45,356 bases of DNA from a virus. Its lineage: Duplodnaviria > Caudoviricetes. Position 1 is the stretch's first letter. Every line of letters starts with the position of its first letter. Of this stretch, positions 44,532 through 45,356 are shown piece by piece. Position numbers and translations under genes: made by a program. Below the pieces are notes generated by a model. It saw only the letters and a program-made list of their open reading frames with translations. It was not told the DNA's origin and made no database searches. The stretch spans positions 1 through 45,356 of the IMG/VR virus record IMGVR_UViG_3300040735_000029. One strand, 5' to 3'.

Positions 44532-45131
44532 ATGGAGGAAACAATGGAAACCAAATTCTTGATCCAAGCCATTCTGAGACTGATGGAAGTTAGTGGTAAA
44601 TCAGTAGCCAAGAACAACATTGTTGATGATTCTGACCCTACATCCATAACCAGCATCATTGCTTATGCCTATATCCCAGAGGGGGCATTCTCTGATTCCA
44701 CAGAGATATGTGACCACTCCTTGACCTGTAACAGACAGATGTTCGGCAGCTATGCTCCTGAAATCAATGATGTGTGTCGGCATTGCTTGTTGTACAATCA
44801 CAACAAAGCTATGGATTGCCTTGCCTTTGAACAAAACTGTGGTCAGCTCCATATCCCTTCACCCCCACGTGTAATCCAGATCAGAATTGTTGCTTGCTGG
44901 GGATATGACATTAGCATATATGACTGTGCTGATAATTCTGAAATCATGTCCTGCTACTGGGACAAAGAATTCACCCCCAGGGAATCATACCTTGAACCTG
45001 AAAAGACTCTGATGGCTATCTTCCAGCATGCTGAGTTCCTTTCCTCAAAGCAGGTTGTGAATATTATGGCTGAACTGTCAGATGGTGAGAGTGTTGTTGA
45101 TGCCTATTACAAGGCAATGGCTCAATATTAA
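44532..45131 (+). CDS. hypothetical protein (start may be 44544)
   Basis: 199-aa ORF in the early operon; GGAGG RBS before METKF. Confidence 0.65.
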   Translation: MEETMETKFLIQAILRLMEVSGKSVAKNNIVDDSDPTSITSIIAYAYIPEGAFSDSTEICDHSLTCNRQMFGSYAPEINDVCRHCLLYNHNKAMDCLAFEQNCGQLHIPSPPRVIQIRIVACWGYDISIYDCADNSEIMSCYWDKEFTPRESYLEPEKTLMAIFQHAEFLSSKQVVNIMAELSDGESVVDAYYKAMAQY

Positions 45132-45162
45132 TCTAAACACTTAATGACTCAAGGAGACTGAT

Positions 45163-45356
45163 ATGGAAATATGGAACAGATTCACCAATGAAGTAATACT
45201 TACCCTTGATTTGGGAACAACTATCAAGGCAACCCTGGCTGGTATCAACCTGGAGGGGGCTGACCTGGCTGGGGCTAACCTGACTGAGGCTGACTTGAAT
45301 TGGGCTGACCTGACTGGGGCCAACTTGAATTGGGCTGACCTGACTAAGGCCAACTT
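45163..45356 (+). CDS. N-terminal part of pentapeptide-repeat protein (continues at position 31)
   Basis: AAGGAG RBS; MEIWNRFTNEVI...INLEG ADLAG ANLTE ADLNW; open to the window end. Confidence 0.85.
   Translation, partial: MEIWNRFTNEVILTLDLGTTIKATLAGINLEGADLAGANLTEADLNWADLTGANLNWADLTKAN

Noticed and set aside
45327-45356. Biological direct terminal repeat
   Set aside because: It lies inside a repetitive coding region and the frame is continuous after merging; best explained as an assembly overlap
1-45356. Lysogeny module, tRNAs, spanins, alternative genetic code
   Set aside because: No integrase or CI-type repressor, cloverleaf or lipobox gene was recognised by eye (absence not proven); genes tile densely under the standard code

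Overview
The window is an apparently complete, circularly permuted ~45.3 kb dsDNA tailed-phage genome with podovirus-type morphogenesis. Bases 1-30 equal bases 45327-45356, and the break falls inside a pentapeptide-repeat gene. It has three modules: (i) a short + strand early operon (42356-45356/1-529: wHTH protein, DUF932, pentapeptide protein, micro-peptides); (ii) a - strand replication and nucleotide-metabolism block (668-15149: SNF2 and UvrD helicases, AEP primase, putative SSB, nuclease, and a flavoprotein-ThyX-Nmad1/DUF1599-DnaQ-DnaE-MazG-like cluster); (iii) a - strand morphogenesis and lysis block (15710-41136: terminase, portal, GroES, scaffold, capsid, tail, two beta-helix spikes, ejection proteins, M15 endolysin) with interspersed modifying enzymes (SAM methyltransferase, glycosyltransferase, B12-radical SAM, GNAT). 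No integrase, tRNA or CRISPR array was recognised. The most notable observations are a candidate DNA base-modification cluster with its own family-C polymerase, strong CpG depletion, a ~72-bp inverted repeat with a CCTATATAGG core bracketing the whole structural module, an A8 slippery site joining an ejection protein to an ADP-ribosyltransferase-like domain, and a virion-modification enzyme set that includes a cobalamin radical SAM. All calls come from motif recognition by eye; no database searches were run.
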